A stretch of DNA of 64,000 nt from a virus (lineage: Duplodnaviria > Caudoviricetes): IMG/VR virus record IMGVR_UViG_3300021255_000122, positions 1 to 64,000 of that record. One strand, 5' to 3'. The notes below the pieces were generated by a model. It searched no databases. It was not told where the DNA came from and worked only from the letters and a program-made list of their open reading frames with translations. The translations under genes and the position numbers were made by a program. Shown piece after piece: positions 43,009-52,632 of the stretch. The stretch's first letter is position 1. Each line of letters opens with the position of its first letter.

Positions 43009-44778
43009 ATGGCGAGAAAAAGAAACGATATTGTCTTATCACCGTTAGAGGATGGCAATCAAAAAAAAGCCATTCGCTCTAATGCCGATATTGTATGCTT
43101 TACGGGCGGTACGGGAGGTGGTAAGTCCGTTGCGCTTTATTATGCGCCAATAGAATATCTTTCTATGAACGATAATGCCAAGATTGTTTGTTTTATGCGC
43201 AACGTAAGTGATTTCTGGGGTGCAGGAAAAGTAAACGATACGCTAAAGAAAATGTACCCGTTGATAGATAGGACAACAAAACGCCAACCGCACGACCCGA
43301 TAGGTGAAATTATCCGTAACCAAACGGACATGGGTTTGAAATTCTACAACGGTAGCGAATTGAAATTCCAGCAACTTGACAACGAGAACCCGATTGTTAT
43401 TGATAAGATAGCAAAAGGTTTGCAAGCCAAGAAACTTATCTTTGACGAATGCAATAAATTCGAATGGCGTACAATTACGTCGTTCTTTCCGCGTTTGCGT
43501 AGTGATAGCAAGGGAAAGGCGCAAATATACCTTGCACAAAACCCCGAACGTGAATGTTTCTTGCGTAAACTATGCGGAAAGGGTGAACACGGAGGCGGTT
43601 GGATAAACGATGATGGAACGGTAGATAAGTCTATGGATGGTGTTGTTATGTATTTCAATATGCAAAACGGTGAAATAGACAAGACGTATTGGGGTAGAAC
43701 GAAGCGTGAAGTTTACGAAAAATGCAAAGAGCACATAGATGCGCTCTTGCAACAAGACCCCGATATGTCGTATGAAGATTTCATCCTTTCCATGACATTC
43801 TTTACGTTTGACGTTCGCGACAACAAGAAAATGCTATCCAAAAACAAAGGTTATCGTGGTTTGGCCGCAAATTCAGCTACCGCAGCATCATCATATTCCG
43901 TGAATTGGAATTATTCGTTAGAGGATGAACAAAAAGAGGAAATAGACCTTTCAAGCGTTCAATTGTTGCCAACCGATATTGAAAGAATGTTTAGAAAAAT
44001 GGAAATCCCAACCGATTCCGTTTGTCTTAAACGCTTTATGACAATGGATATGGCGACAACGGGATTTGATAATCTTGTTTTTAAATATTGGGAATTATGG
44101 TCGCGTTACGGTTATATATGTAAAGATATAAAATATTCTCTTTACAATACAAACCGCCAAGCCGTTATGGACGCAATAGCTTTTCGTGACAAGCACGATT
44201 TGCAAGAAAAACAAATGATTATTGACGTGCAAGGCTTTGGCTTTTTACGTGATTGTTTCCCAAGGGCAATATTGTTTAGCGGTTCTGGTAGCCCGTCGCA
44301 ACGTTCTAAGGCGCAATTTAAGACGATGAAAGACGAAGCAGGACACATTGCAATGGAAATGGTGCAATCGGGGCTTATTCACTACGAACCATCGCTTGCA
44401 AACATGCGATATACGCACCAAAATATGAAACGCCAAGCTACAACAATACAAAAGCACATGACGTTTGAACGCCTTATCTTTCAATTCCACAAAACGCCAA
44501 ATGGCCGCTTGGAAATGATGAGGAAAGAGGATATGAAGAAACTATTGAAAGGTATGTCACCAGACCTTTTCGATAACGTTATATTGCTTTGCGGAGGCAC
44601 TTGTTACGATTGTTATAGGATTTTGCGCGATGATGCAGGTGTTATGCGAAAACAAGTTCAAGCAAGCGATATGCTTACACTTTTGGGAGTAAATGATAAT
44701 CAAATAGATACAAGGTTGCAGCGTGTAAGAAAGATACGTAATGCGAGCGAAATATTAAACGTTTTAAGTACAATATGA
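43009..44778 (+). CDS. terL: terminase large subunit
   Basis: Walker A GGTGGGKS, Walker B LIFDEC, AQNP coupling motif, nuclease MTMDMA and SPDLFD. Confidence 0.92.
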   Translation: MARKRNDIVLSPLEDGNQKKAIRSNADIVCFTGGTGGGKSVALYYAPIEYLSMNDNAKIVCFMRNVSDFWGAGKVNDTLKKMYPLIDRTTKRQPHDPIGEIIRNQTDMGLKFYNGSELKFQQLDNENPIVIDKIAKGLQAKKLIFDECNKFEWRTITSFFPRLRSDSKGKAQIYLAQNPERECFLRKLCGKGEHGGGWINDDGTVDKSMDGVVMYFNMQNGEIDKTYWGRTKREVYEKCKEHIDALLQQDPDMSYEDFILSMTFFTFDVRDNKKMLSKNKGYRGLAANSATAASSYSVNWNYSLEDEQKEEIDLSSVQLLPTDIERMFRKMEIPTDSVCLKRFMTMDMATTGFDNLVFKYWELWSRYGYICKDIKYSLYNTNRQAVMDAIAFRDKHDLQEKQMIIDVQGFGFLRDCFPRAILFSGSGSPSQRSKAQFKTMKDEAGHIAMEMVQSGLIHYEPSLANMRYTHQNMKRQATTIQKHMTFERLIFQFHKTPNGRLEMMRKEDMKKLLKGMSPDLFDNVILLCGGTCYDCYRILRDDAGVMRKQVQASDMLTLLGVNDNQIDTRLQRVRKIRNASEILNVLSTI

Positions 44779-46286
44779 TTAGAATAAAAGACATTAATTG
44801 GTATCTTAGTGAACCTACAAGGCTTTTGCAAATGAAGCCTTTTACACGCGGTGGCAAGATGAATAGTCATGGGTTTGAAACGCAAGAAATCCTTAATAAC
44901 ACGACACTTGAAACTGGATTTGCGAATCTTACCCTTAGACCTATATCGCAAGATACGTACATTACGGAATACAAGCCCGACTTGCATCACATTATTTATA
45001 ATAAGACAATTCCGCATATTAAAGTGGTGTTGAATGGTGTTGAAATTCCAACGGGCGACATGGAATTAACGCAAACCGCAGCGTTTCAAAAACTTATCCA
45101 TTCCGCGCATGTACGTAGCCTAACATCAAATCCGTTGGAATTTAACCTTTGCAACATTGACAAAGAACAAGGTGGTATTAACCAATTTGAATACGCAAAG
45201 AGTGAATGGAATTGGCGCAACATGGATTGGTGGTTAGGACGTGCTATCAACACTTGCAAGCAACTCGGCAATTGCGGATTGTTGTTTAGTTTCGACCCAC
45301 AAGAAGAAAAATATTCCGTTTCAAGCTATAGCTACGAAGATGGCTATCAAGTCATTCCTAACTATGATGAATACGGAATTGAAATAGCGCGAACACTTTG
45401 CTATCAAATAGACAACACAACCGTAATCGACACATACGACAACAAGTACCATTATCGTTGTACGAAAGGGTCAAACGGTTGGTCTATCCAAAAAGAAAAA
45501 CACGGGTTTAGTAGATGCCCGTTGTTAACGAAACGTGGAAAGGTTGCATGGGAATATGCGGAAAGTTCCATTGAAATATGGGAACTTATGGCAAACATTC
45601 AAGCAATTGCACTTAAACGTTTTGGAACTTTTGCTTTGGCGTTTTGGGGAGAAATGGACAAGGAAACATTTTCCCGTGATTCATCAACGATGATTATCAA
45701 TCTTTCAAGCGATACTACGCAAGGAAAGCAAGATGTTAAGGTGTTGGATTTTCCCGAACCGCAAACAATGGACGGTTTCTTGAAAACCGTAGAGGAAAAA
45801 ATTTCGTTGTTTAGTTCAACTTCGTTTATTACGCCAAAAGATATTACCGCAACAAATAGTGGTGGTAACGGAATTGCGCTTGCGATGTCTAACGACTATG
45901 CGCTTGCAACGCAGAGCGCGCTTGATTGGCGTAAATTCGTAAACGACATGGTGTATCTACACCAAGAAGGACTTGACCTTGAAAACAACGCTACCGAGAA
46001 ATACGGAAAGCTACGCATTAGCGCAAAGATAGTTCCTTGGTCACTTGAAACAAACAATACAAAGATTACGAACTTGCAAATGGAATCCAAGTGGTTGTCA
46101 ATGAAAACTATCATTGAAAAGTCACCCGATGCCGCGCCAAACGAGGTTGAGCGTATTATTGAAGAACGTGGCTCACTTATACCGCAAGATGGTATTAGTG
46201 ATGCAGATAGCGAAAAAGCCGCAAGAATATCCAAGAACAATAGTAACGAAATAGTTGATAATCAAGCCCAAACGGGACTTTCATAA
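44775..46286 (+). CDS. portal protein (SPP1 gp6-like)
   Basis: 503 aa directly after terL; NSGGNGIALAM..A pattern. Confidence 0.82.
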   Translation: MIRIKDINWYLSEPTRLLQMKPFTRGGKMNSHGFETQEILNNTTLETGFANLTLRPISQDTYITEYKPDLHHIIYNKTIPHIKVVLNGVEIPTGDMELTQTAAFQKLIHSAHVRSLTSNPLEFNLCNIDKEQGGINQFEYAKSEWNWRNMDWWLGRAINTCKQLGNCGLLFSFDPQEEKYSVSSYSYEDGYQVIPNYDEYGIEIARTLCYQIDNTTVIDTYDNKYHYRCTKGSNGWSIQKEKHGFSRCPLLTKRGKVAWEYAESSIEIWELMANIQAIALKRFGTFALAFWGEMDKETFSRDSSTMIINLSSDTTQGKQDVKVLDFPEPQTMDGFLKTVEEKISLFSSTSFITPKDITATNSGGNGIALAMSNDYALATQSALDWRKFVNDMVYLHQEGLDLENNATEKYGKLRISAKIVPWSLETNNTKITNLQMESKWLSMKTIIEKSPDAAPNEVERIIEERGSLIPQDGISDADSEKAARISKNNSNEIVDNQAQTGLS

Positions 46287-46672
46287 TGGAGGATTACAAT
46301 ATGGGATGGATGGAATTTGTATTAGGTATAGCAACGTTGGTGTTAGGCACGGGATGGTTGTTTACATACCGTGCTTTCAAGAAACGAAACGAAGGCGAAG
46401 CCATGCAAGCCGAAGCAGGTGGATGGGAAGGCCAACAACGCGTATATCAAAACACTATTGCCGATTTGGAGAAATCATGCGAGTTTATCAGAAACGATAG
46501 GGATTTACTTAGAAAGGAAAACGAAGAATTGCGTCGTGAAAACAAAGAACTTAGAGATAAGATTAACCATCTTGAAAGCGTTATTCTTGATATTAGAAAG
46601 GATATGGCAAGGCAAGGTAGGCGCATTGAATCTTTGACTAACAAAACAAAAAAAGGAAACCAATCAACGTAG
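46286..46672 (+). CDS. putative holin (N-terminal TM plus coiled coil)
   Basis: FVLGIATLVLGTGWLFTY; directly before the endolysin. Confidence 0.55.
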   Translation: MEDYNMGWMEFVLGIATLVLGTGWLFTYRAFKKRNEGEAMQAEAGGWEGQQRVYQNTIADLEKSCEFIRNDRDLLRKENEELRRENKELRDKINHLESVILDIRKDMARQGRRIESLTNKTKKGNQST

Positions 46673-46687
46673 TAAGGAGGACAAATA

Positions 46688-47305
46688 ATGCAAACACTAA
46701 GAATAGGTAGCCGAGGAAACGACGTAAAGATTCTACAACGCGCTTTGAATCTTTACGACGATGGAATATTTGGAAATTTGACACTTGAACGGGTAAAGGA
46801 ATACCAAAAAAGCGTAGGACTTTACCCCGATGGAATAGTTGGCGATAAAACTTGGGAAAAGTTGCTTAACGGCAAATCGCAAATATCCGTATCAAAACGA
46901 AAGATTACGGAGATAATTGTGCATTGTACGGCGACGCAAGAAGGAAAACACTTTACCGTTTCCGATATAACACGTTGGCACAAGCAACGTGGGTTTTCAA
47001 CGATAGGTTATCATTACGTTATATATCTTGATGGCACAAGACATTTAGGACGTAACGTAAACATTAGTGGCGCACATTGTGAAAACCACAATTCGCATTC
47101 AATAGGCGTTTGTTACGTTGGTGGCCTTGCAAGCGATGGAAAGACACCAAAGGATACACGCACACAAGCGCAAAAAACGGCCTTGCTTGCGTTATTACGT
47201 GAATTACGTAGGGTTTACCCGATGGCAAGAATTTATGGCCATAGGGATTTCTCTTCCAAGGCTTGCCCATCGTTTGATGCCAAACGTGAATATTCAACAA
47301 TCTAA
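46688..47305 (+). CDS. endolysin: peptidoglycan-binding domain plus N-acetylmuramoyl-L-alanine amidase (T7 lysozyme-like)
   Basis: LRIGSRG.DV..LQ...DGIVG..TW; IIVHCTAT, IGYHYVI, GAHC, GHRD, KACPSFD. Confidence 0.93.
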   Translation: MQTLRIGSRGNDVKILQRALNLYDDGIFGNLTLERVKEYQKSVGLYPDGIVGDKTWEKLLNGKSQISVSKRKITEIIVHCTATQEGKHFTVSDITRWHKQRGFSTIGYHYVIYLDGTRHLGRNVNISGAHCENHNSHSIGVCYVGGLASDGKTPKDTRTQAQKTALLALLRELRRVYPMARIYGHRDFSSKACPSFDAKREYSTI

Positions 47306-47317
47306 AACACGAATATT

Positions 47318-47788
47318 ATGATAGACAAAGAAAAAATAGAATATGCAAGAATATGGCATGAACAACAAAAACAAAACGTTGGTTGTGGAACGCCTTTGTA
47401 TGTTTGCATCATTATTGCCGTTATCCTTTTCTTTTCGTCTTGCGCAACACGTACCGTAATAGAATATCGTGACCACGACGTTAATCACTACATAACGAAA
47501 GTAGAAAAAGATACGGTAACACAAAACACAAGGGATAGCATCTATTTTGAAGTAATACAAAAAGGCGATACGGTGTTTGCTACTAAGTATAAGGAAAAAT
47601 ATATCTATTTAGACAAAATCCAAATAAGATGCGATACATGTTGGCGCGATAGTGTTGTAACGGAATACAAGGAAAACGTAAGGGAAATAAAAAAAATACC
47701 TAAAATCTATAAGGTTTCACTTGTGTTTTCAATCCTTTGTGTTATATTTGCAATATTAAAATTTGTAAGATGGCTAAAGAAACGTTAG
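47318..47788 (+). CDS. putative unimolecular spanin (lipoprotein with C-terminal TM)
   Basis: Hydrophobic run ending FSSC; beta-rich middle; C-terminal TM and basic tail. Confidence 0.6.
   Translation: MIDKEKIEYARIWHEQQKQNVGCGTPLYVCIIIAVILFFSSCATRTVIEYRDHDVNHYITKVEKDTVTQNTRDSIYFEVIQKGDTVFATKYKEKYIYLDKIQIRCDTCWRDSVVTEYKENVREIKKIPKIYKVSLVFSILCVIFAILKFVRWLKKR
47743..47750 (+). promoter_or_regulatory. -7 element TATATTTG ahead of the large tail gene
   Basis: 20 nt upstream of the ATG at 47770. Confidence 0.55.
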
Positions 47789-50700
47789 GAAGAAATATCA
47801 CGTTCCCGATATACAACGAGAACGGCACATCGTTCCACAACCTTGTTTTAAAAAGAGCCGTTGTGGATAGTGTTGTTATGTCGCTTGGTGACAAGATAAC
47901 TGGTGATGTATATTACAAAGACAACGCCCTCGATGTAACGATGCGTGAATATATCTTGTACAAGAAAAATCCAGAGGATGAAAACGAAGATGCGGTAAAA
48001 TACGTTCTTGTTAGCCCACCTACGATAGTACGCGAAGGTATGGTTTCGGACAATTCCGAATTAAAAGGAATGACAAAATACTCGTTCGTTTTCTATCATC
48101 CTATGTATGTGTTGAACAACATTCCTTTTAGCGATGTTGCCGTTACAAGCGAACAAGAAAGGTATTTATCGCAAAACAAGGAGTTTTCTTGGATTGGCTA
48201 CCCAGACGATTATATTGCAAAGATAAGCAAGAATTTACAGCAAACACAATGGACGGTAGAGAAAAGTTCACGTTTCCCAACCGATAAAGATAGTGTTCTT
48301 AGCGGTGTTTTGTCTTTTAGCAACAATACTATTGCCGATGCATTAAAAACATGGTACGACACATGGGAAATACCTTATGTGATTGACGTTGTAAAAAGCG
48401 GCGAACAAGGGTATTCCAACGGAAAGCGTTTCAAGATTGTATTCGGCTTACCGTCAACGGAAATCTACCAACAAAACGGTAGTACGCCTTTTGTGTTTGA
48501 AATGGGAAAGGGTGTTGGTTTAAAGAACAATTCCCGAACGCCACGTAACAATAAAATCGTTACACGAATAAGTGGTTACGGTAGTGAAAGCAATATCCCT
48601 TATGGCTATCCGCAAATTATTTGGACGGGCGACCAATCATGGGATTACACGATAAACAACGCAAGCGGAATGCAAACAATTACCGTTGGCGGTAGGACAA
48701 TACAAGCGATGTCTTACCCAATTTATGACGGTATTGTTGGTGGCCAAAAAGTAAGGCTTATCAAGCATCCGTTTACGCGCACACACCTTATGCCAACGGT
48801 TTATTCGGACACGGTAAACAAAAAGGTGAACCCACGTAATCCGAACTATAATCCTAACGGCGAAATCATTGATTATTACGATGCAATTGCAACGCAAGAA
48901 TATCAATACCCTAACGAAATAGACCAAAATTCACCGTCTTACGAAATACACGAATTTGACGTTAAGCCAGAAATGAGTGATGGTGGCGAGGATATTGAAA
49001 TTGTAAACGCCGTACCACTTAATGCCGACCTAACACCTGCCGATTCTTGGGATGATTCCATAGACGATGATGGTAATTTCCTACAAAGTTATTTTAGGTT
49101 GGATTTGCCTATATTTCCGTTTGATTTGTATGCGTGTGCATCCATAACCGAGGAAATGAGCGTTAATATGCGTTCGGGTGCTTGTATCGGGTGTACATTC
49201 AATGTACAAGTTGATTGGGAAGAATATAAGCGTAATTTCTACAAGGAAGATGGTACGTTTGACCCTGTAATCCATACGGAAAGCGGTGACGGACACGTAA
49301 GAGACGGTAGTAGATTCCCCGATAGTAGCCAAACGGCAATAAGCCTTATTGTTCAAAAAGACAACGAAACATTTGGTACAATCATGCCAAATGTGTACCA
49401 ACAACCACATAGCGGTGATGCTTTTGTCGTGTTGGGAATATCGTTGCCCGTTGAATATATCACAAACGCCGAGGAAACACTTGACGATGAAATGAAATCG
49501 TATATGCTTGAAAACAACGTGCATTATTACGATTATCCTTTGAAATTCGACGAGTATTTCTTGGCTACACATACAAATATCCTAACTCAACTAAAGCCAA
49601 ATGCCATTGTTCATTTCGCCTTTGGTGACATAGAACAACCGCTTGAATTGTATGTTAAGCAACTTACCGTAAAATACGGATATAATGTATTACCGCAATA
49701 CGACATTACGCTAACGGACAACGTAGAGGTGGTTCTTAACCAAATAGGACAAGTTGCCGATGATGTGGAAAGGCTATCTTCGATAATCTCCATGATGCGT
49801 GAAAACTATTCGCGTAACGTATGGGGTGAGATAGCAAAGAAACTATCAAAGGTTAGCGATGATACGGCAAAGGGTAAGATTACGTTCGAAAAGGGAGCGG
49901 AATTTGGAACATACAATAGTGGTGCACTTGGAAGCGGAGGTGCTATCAACATAGACCAAAACGGCAATTCTAATGCCGAATTTGATTTCCTTACGATACG
50001 AAAAGCCGCAACGTTTAGGACAATAACGATTCTTGAATTGAAACACGTTGGCGGTGAACTTGGATTAACCGCTGGCGCAATGAAAGTTTCGGCGGTAGAG
50101 GAAACCGAAACCGCATACCGTTGTTACTTCGATACAAGCGATGGCACAAAGCAAGTGTATCAAGAATTTGTTGTAGGCGACCAAGCACGTTGCCAACAAT
50201 TCCGACTTGCACAAAATGCAAGCGGAATGACAACTACGCATTACTATTGGCGACTTGTAACGGGTGTTGGCGAAAACTACGTTGATTTGTCCAAGACGGA
50301 TGCCGATACGGGTAGTGGCATTCCACAAGCAGGTGACGAGGTAATCCAATTAGGTTATCGCAACAACGACCACCCAGAACGCCAATCAGCAATCATTCTT
50401 TCGGCGGTTGAAACACAAGCACCTTCCATAAGATATTACCAAGGGATTAATAGCTACAACTTAACGAACACTATTGTCAAGGAAGAATATTACGACCCAG
50501 ACCCTAACGATAAAAAATTTCATTCAAACACTTACGGTGAAAGTTATGTAGGAGACAAGAACGAAACTACCTACATGAAATACACGCAAAACGGTGGTGT
50601 TGAAATCAAGGGTAAGGTGGAAATGTCAAGTGCAAGCACTCTTGATGGAAGTAACTTGGGAAGTGTGTTAACCGCAATTAATGGAACGGCAACGACAGCA

Positions 50701-52614
50701 AACACCAATGCGCAAAATGCACAAACTGCTGCTGGCAATGCCCAGAGTGCTGCTGATGCTGCACAATCTACGGCTAACACGGCTAACACAAACGCCACAA
50801 ATGCACAAACCGCCGCAAGCAATGCGCAATCAACCGCAGATGCGGCAAATACCGCCGCAAGTAATGCTGCCACAGCCGCACAAACGGCACAAACCGCCGC
50901 AAATAACGCGCAAACTGCTGCTGATAATGCTCAAACATCAGCCGACCAAGCAAACACAACGGCAAACGCAACCGCAACTACCGTAGCCAATCTTTCTACG
51001 GGAAATCAAAATCTTTTGCGTAATAGCGGATTTACGGGGGATTATCTACCTGAAGATTCCGCAACAAGTGTCGAAGTGAATGATGGTACTTTCTTGTTTT
51101 CCAACCCGTTTGACCATTGGACAACGACAAATGCAACTGCCATTTCTTCGGTAGAAAGTGTTACTGGTATGGCTGTGGTATTAACAAACGGCTCTTTGCA
51201 GCAAACGCTTGAAACGCCTTTGATTGCAAGCGGAAACTACATATTTTCGTTTAAAGCAAAAGGAACGTCGATAAGTTTCACTATTGGTTCTTATTCCTAT
51301 ACGCAAGCACTAACAAATACGGCTACAAGATACACGTTCAAGTTCATTGCGCAAAGTGCTTCAACTGCTTTTGCGATAACGTCATCAACGTGTACCGTTA
51401 TGGAGCTTCAACTTGTACAAGGAACTGTACCAAATACCGATTGGATAAACAACCCAAATGACAACGACAAAGCACTTGCATATTTCCAAAACCTTACATA
51501 TCTCACGAATGCTATTGTAAACGGAAGTACAAGTATTCTTGGCGGTTTGATTCTTTCCAACCAGATAAGAGTTGGCAACTACCGTGACGGTTCAATGGTA
51601 CAAGAGACTGGAGGTATAGCAAGTCAATCAAGTTATGAGTTTGAAGAAAGCGGTGGCACAAGTGGATTGTACACGGGTTCAAATAGTCCTTTCCTTTGGG
51701 GAGGAGGAACTATGGAAAAAGCATTCTATACTATTGCTAAATACGATGAGAATCCTAATTACGAGCCATCCGCAAGCGAACTTGCAAATTTGATGGCAAA
51801 ATTCGTTGTGACACACGGTGGTAGGGCAATTCTTAATGATATTATTCTTCGCGGAGTAATATATGCCGTGAGCGGAAAAATAGGTGGGTTTGATATTGGT
51901 GTGGACAAATTAAAAAACACCAATTATGCGGCTTCAATTAACATATCTAACGATGCTACAAACCCAACACAAAACACAATTATAGGTGGCGAAGCCGTAG
52001 ATACTTTTACGAACAAGAAATGTGCAATGGTTGCAAGGAATGTTACGCCTTCACAGACACACAACACGGCCTTGTTCTTGGTGGCTCAGGGAGCAAATTA
52101 CAACTATGCTTTTCACGGAGAAGGCAATGGTGTACTTAATGGTGTAATGTATGGTTACAAAACCGCATTGTTGTCATTAAAGACACAAGAAACACAAATA
52201 AACCTAACGCAAGGTTCAACTTTTCTTGTGACAGAAAGAACTGGCACGGATGATGATAAGAGATTTATATTGATGCCAAAACTTAGTCAAGTACAACAAA
52301 CACTTGGACTACCACAGACGTTTTCACAAGAAAATTCAACACCGTTTTCAATAGAAATAAACATAATGTATTATTCGCCCGTAACCACAAAAATAAGACT
52401 TATTTTTAGAGGATATACTGGCTACACGGATAGTCAATACCCATATTTGCATTATGACGATGATAATATTCATACGGGTGATAGCGAATCGAGTATTGAA
52501 ATGACGAGAGGTGATATAGTCAAATTGTTGCTCGTTTATTACCCCAACAAAGTTGCATCCTCTGGAGAACTTGCTCCCTATCAAGCAATCAAGATGGTTC
52601 ATAATCATTCATAA
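47770..52614 (+). CDS. large tail protein (baseplate hub/central fibre)
   Basis: 1614 aa; NNKIVTRISGYGSESNIP, AEFDFLTIRKAATF motifs typical of Bacteroidales phage tail proteins; Ala/Asn/Thr heptad stalk. Confidence 0.8.
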   Translation: MAKETLGRNITFPIYNENGTSFHNLVLKRAVVDSVVMSLGDKITGDVYYKDNALDVTMREYILYKKNPEDENEDAVKYVLVSPPTIVREGMVSDNSELKGMTKYSFVFYHPMYVLNNIPFSDVAVTSEQERYLSQNKEFSWIGYPDDYIAKISKNLQQTQWTVEKSSRFPTDKDSVLSGVLSFSNNTIADALKTWYDTWEIPYVIDVVKSGEQGYSNGKRFKIVFGLPSTEIYQQNGSTPFVFEMGKGVGLKNNSRTPRNNKIVTRISGYGSESNIPYGYPQIIWTGDQSWDYTINNASGMQTITVGGRTIQAMSYPIYDGIVGGQKVRLIKHPFTRTHLMPTVYSDTVNKKVNPRNPNYNPNGEIIDYYDAIATQEYQYPNEIDQNSPSYEIHEFDVKPEMSDGGEDIEIVNAVPLNADLTPADSWDDSIDDDGNFLQSYFRLDLPIFPFDLYACASITEEMSVNMRSGACIGCTFNVQVDWEEYKRNFYKEDGTFDPVIHTESGDGHVRDGSRFPDSSQTAISLIVQKDNETFGTIMPNVYQQPHSGDAFVVLGISLPVEYITNAEETLDDEMKSYMLENNVHYYDYPLKFDEYFLATHTNILTQLKPNAIVHFAFGDIEQPLELYVKQLTVKYGYNVLPQYDITLTDNVEVVLNQIGQVADDVERLSSIISMMRENYSRNVWGEIAKKLSKVSDDTAKGKITFEKGAEFGTYNSGALGSGGAINIDQNGNSNAEFDFLTIRKAATFRTITILELKHVGGELGLTAGAMKVSAVEETETAYRCYFDTSDGTKQVYQEFVVGDQARCQQFRLAQNASGMTTTHYYWRLVTGVGENYVDLSKTDADTGSGIPQAGDEVIQLGYRNNDHPERQSAIILSAVETQAPSIRYYQGINSYNLTNTIVKEEYYDPDPNDKKFHSNTYGESYVGDKNETTYMKYTQNGGVEIKGKVEMSSASTLDGSNLGSVLTAINGTATTANTNAQNAQTAAGNAQSAADAAQSTANTANTNATNAQTAASNAQSTADAANTAASNAATAAQTAQTAANNAQTAADNAQTSADQANTTANATATTVANLSTGNQNLLRNSGFTGDYLPEDSATSVEVNDGTFLFSNPFDHWTTTNATAISSVESVTGMAVVLTNGSLQQTLETPLIASGNYIFSFKAKGTSISFTIGSYSYTQALTNTATRYTFKFIAQSASTAFAITSSTCTVMELQLVQGTVPNTDWINNPNDNDKALAYFQNLTYLTNAIVNGSTSILGGLILSNQIRVGNYRDGSMVQETGGIASQSSYEFEESGGTSGLYTGSNSPFLWGGGTMEKAFYTIAKYDENPNYEPSASELANLMAKFVVTHGGRAILNDIILRGVIYAVSGKIGGFDIGVDKLKNTNYAASINISNDATNPTQNTIIGGEAVDTFTNKKCAMVARNVTPSQTHNTALFLVAQGANYNYAFHGEGNGVLNGVMYGYKTALLSLKTQETQINLTQGSTFLVTERTGTDDDKRFILMPKLSQVQQTLGLPQTFSQENSTPFSIEINIMYYSPVTTKIRLIFRGYTGYTDSQYPYLHYDDDNIHTGDSESSIEMTRGDIVKLLLVYYPNKVASSGELAPYQAIKMVHNHS
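50690..50990 (+). repeat. in-frame 7-residue (21-bp) degenerate repeats, A/N/Q/T coiled-coil stalk
   Basis: NAQTAAG NAQSAAD AAQSTAN TANTNAT NAQTAAS NAQSTAD ... Confidence 0.75.
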
Positions 52615-52632
52615 AAACAACAATAAAGATAT

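Noticed and set aside
50681-50986. Alternate-frame Q/M/L/P-rich ORFs in the tail gene repeat
   Set aside because: By-products of the 21-bp repeat encoding the A/N/Q/T stalk.
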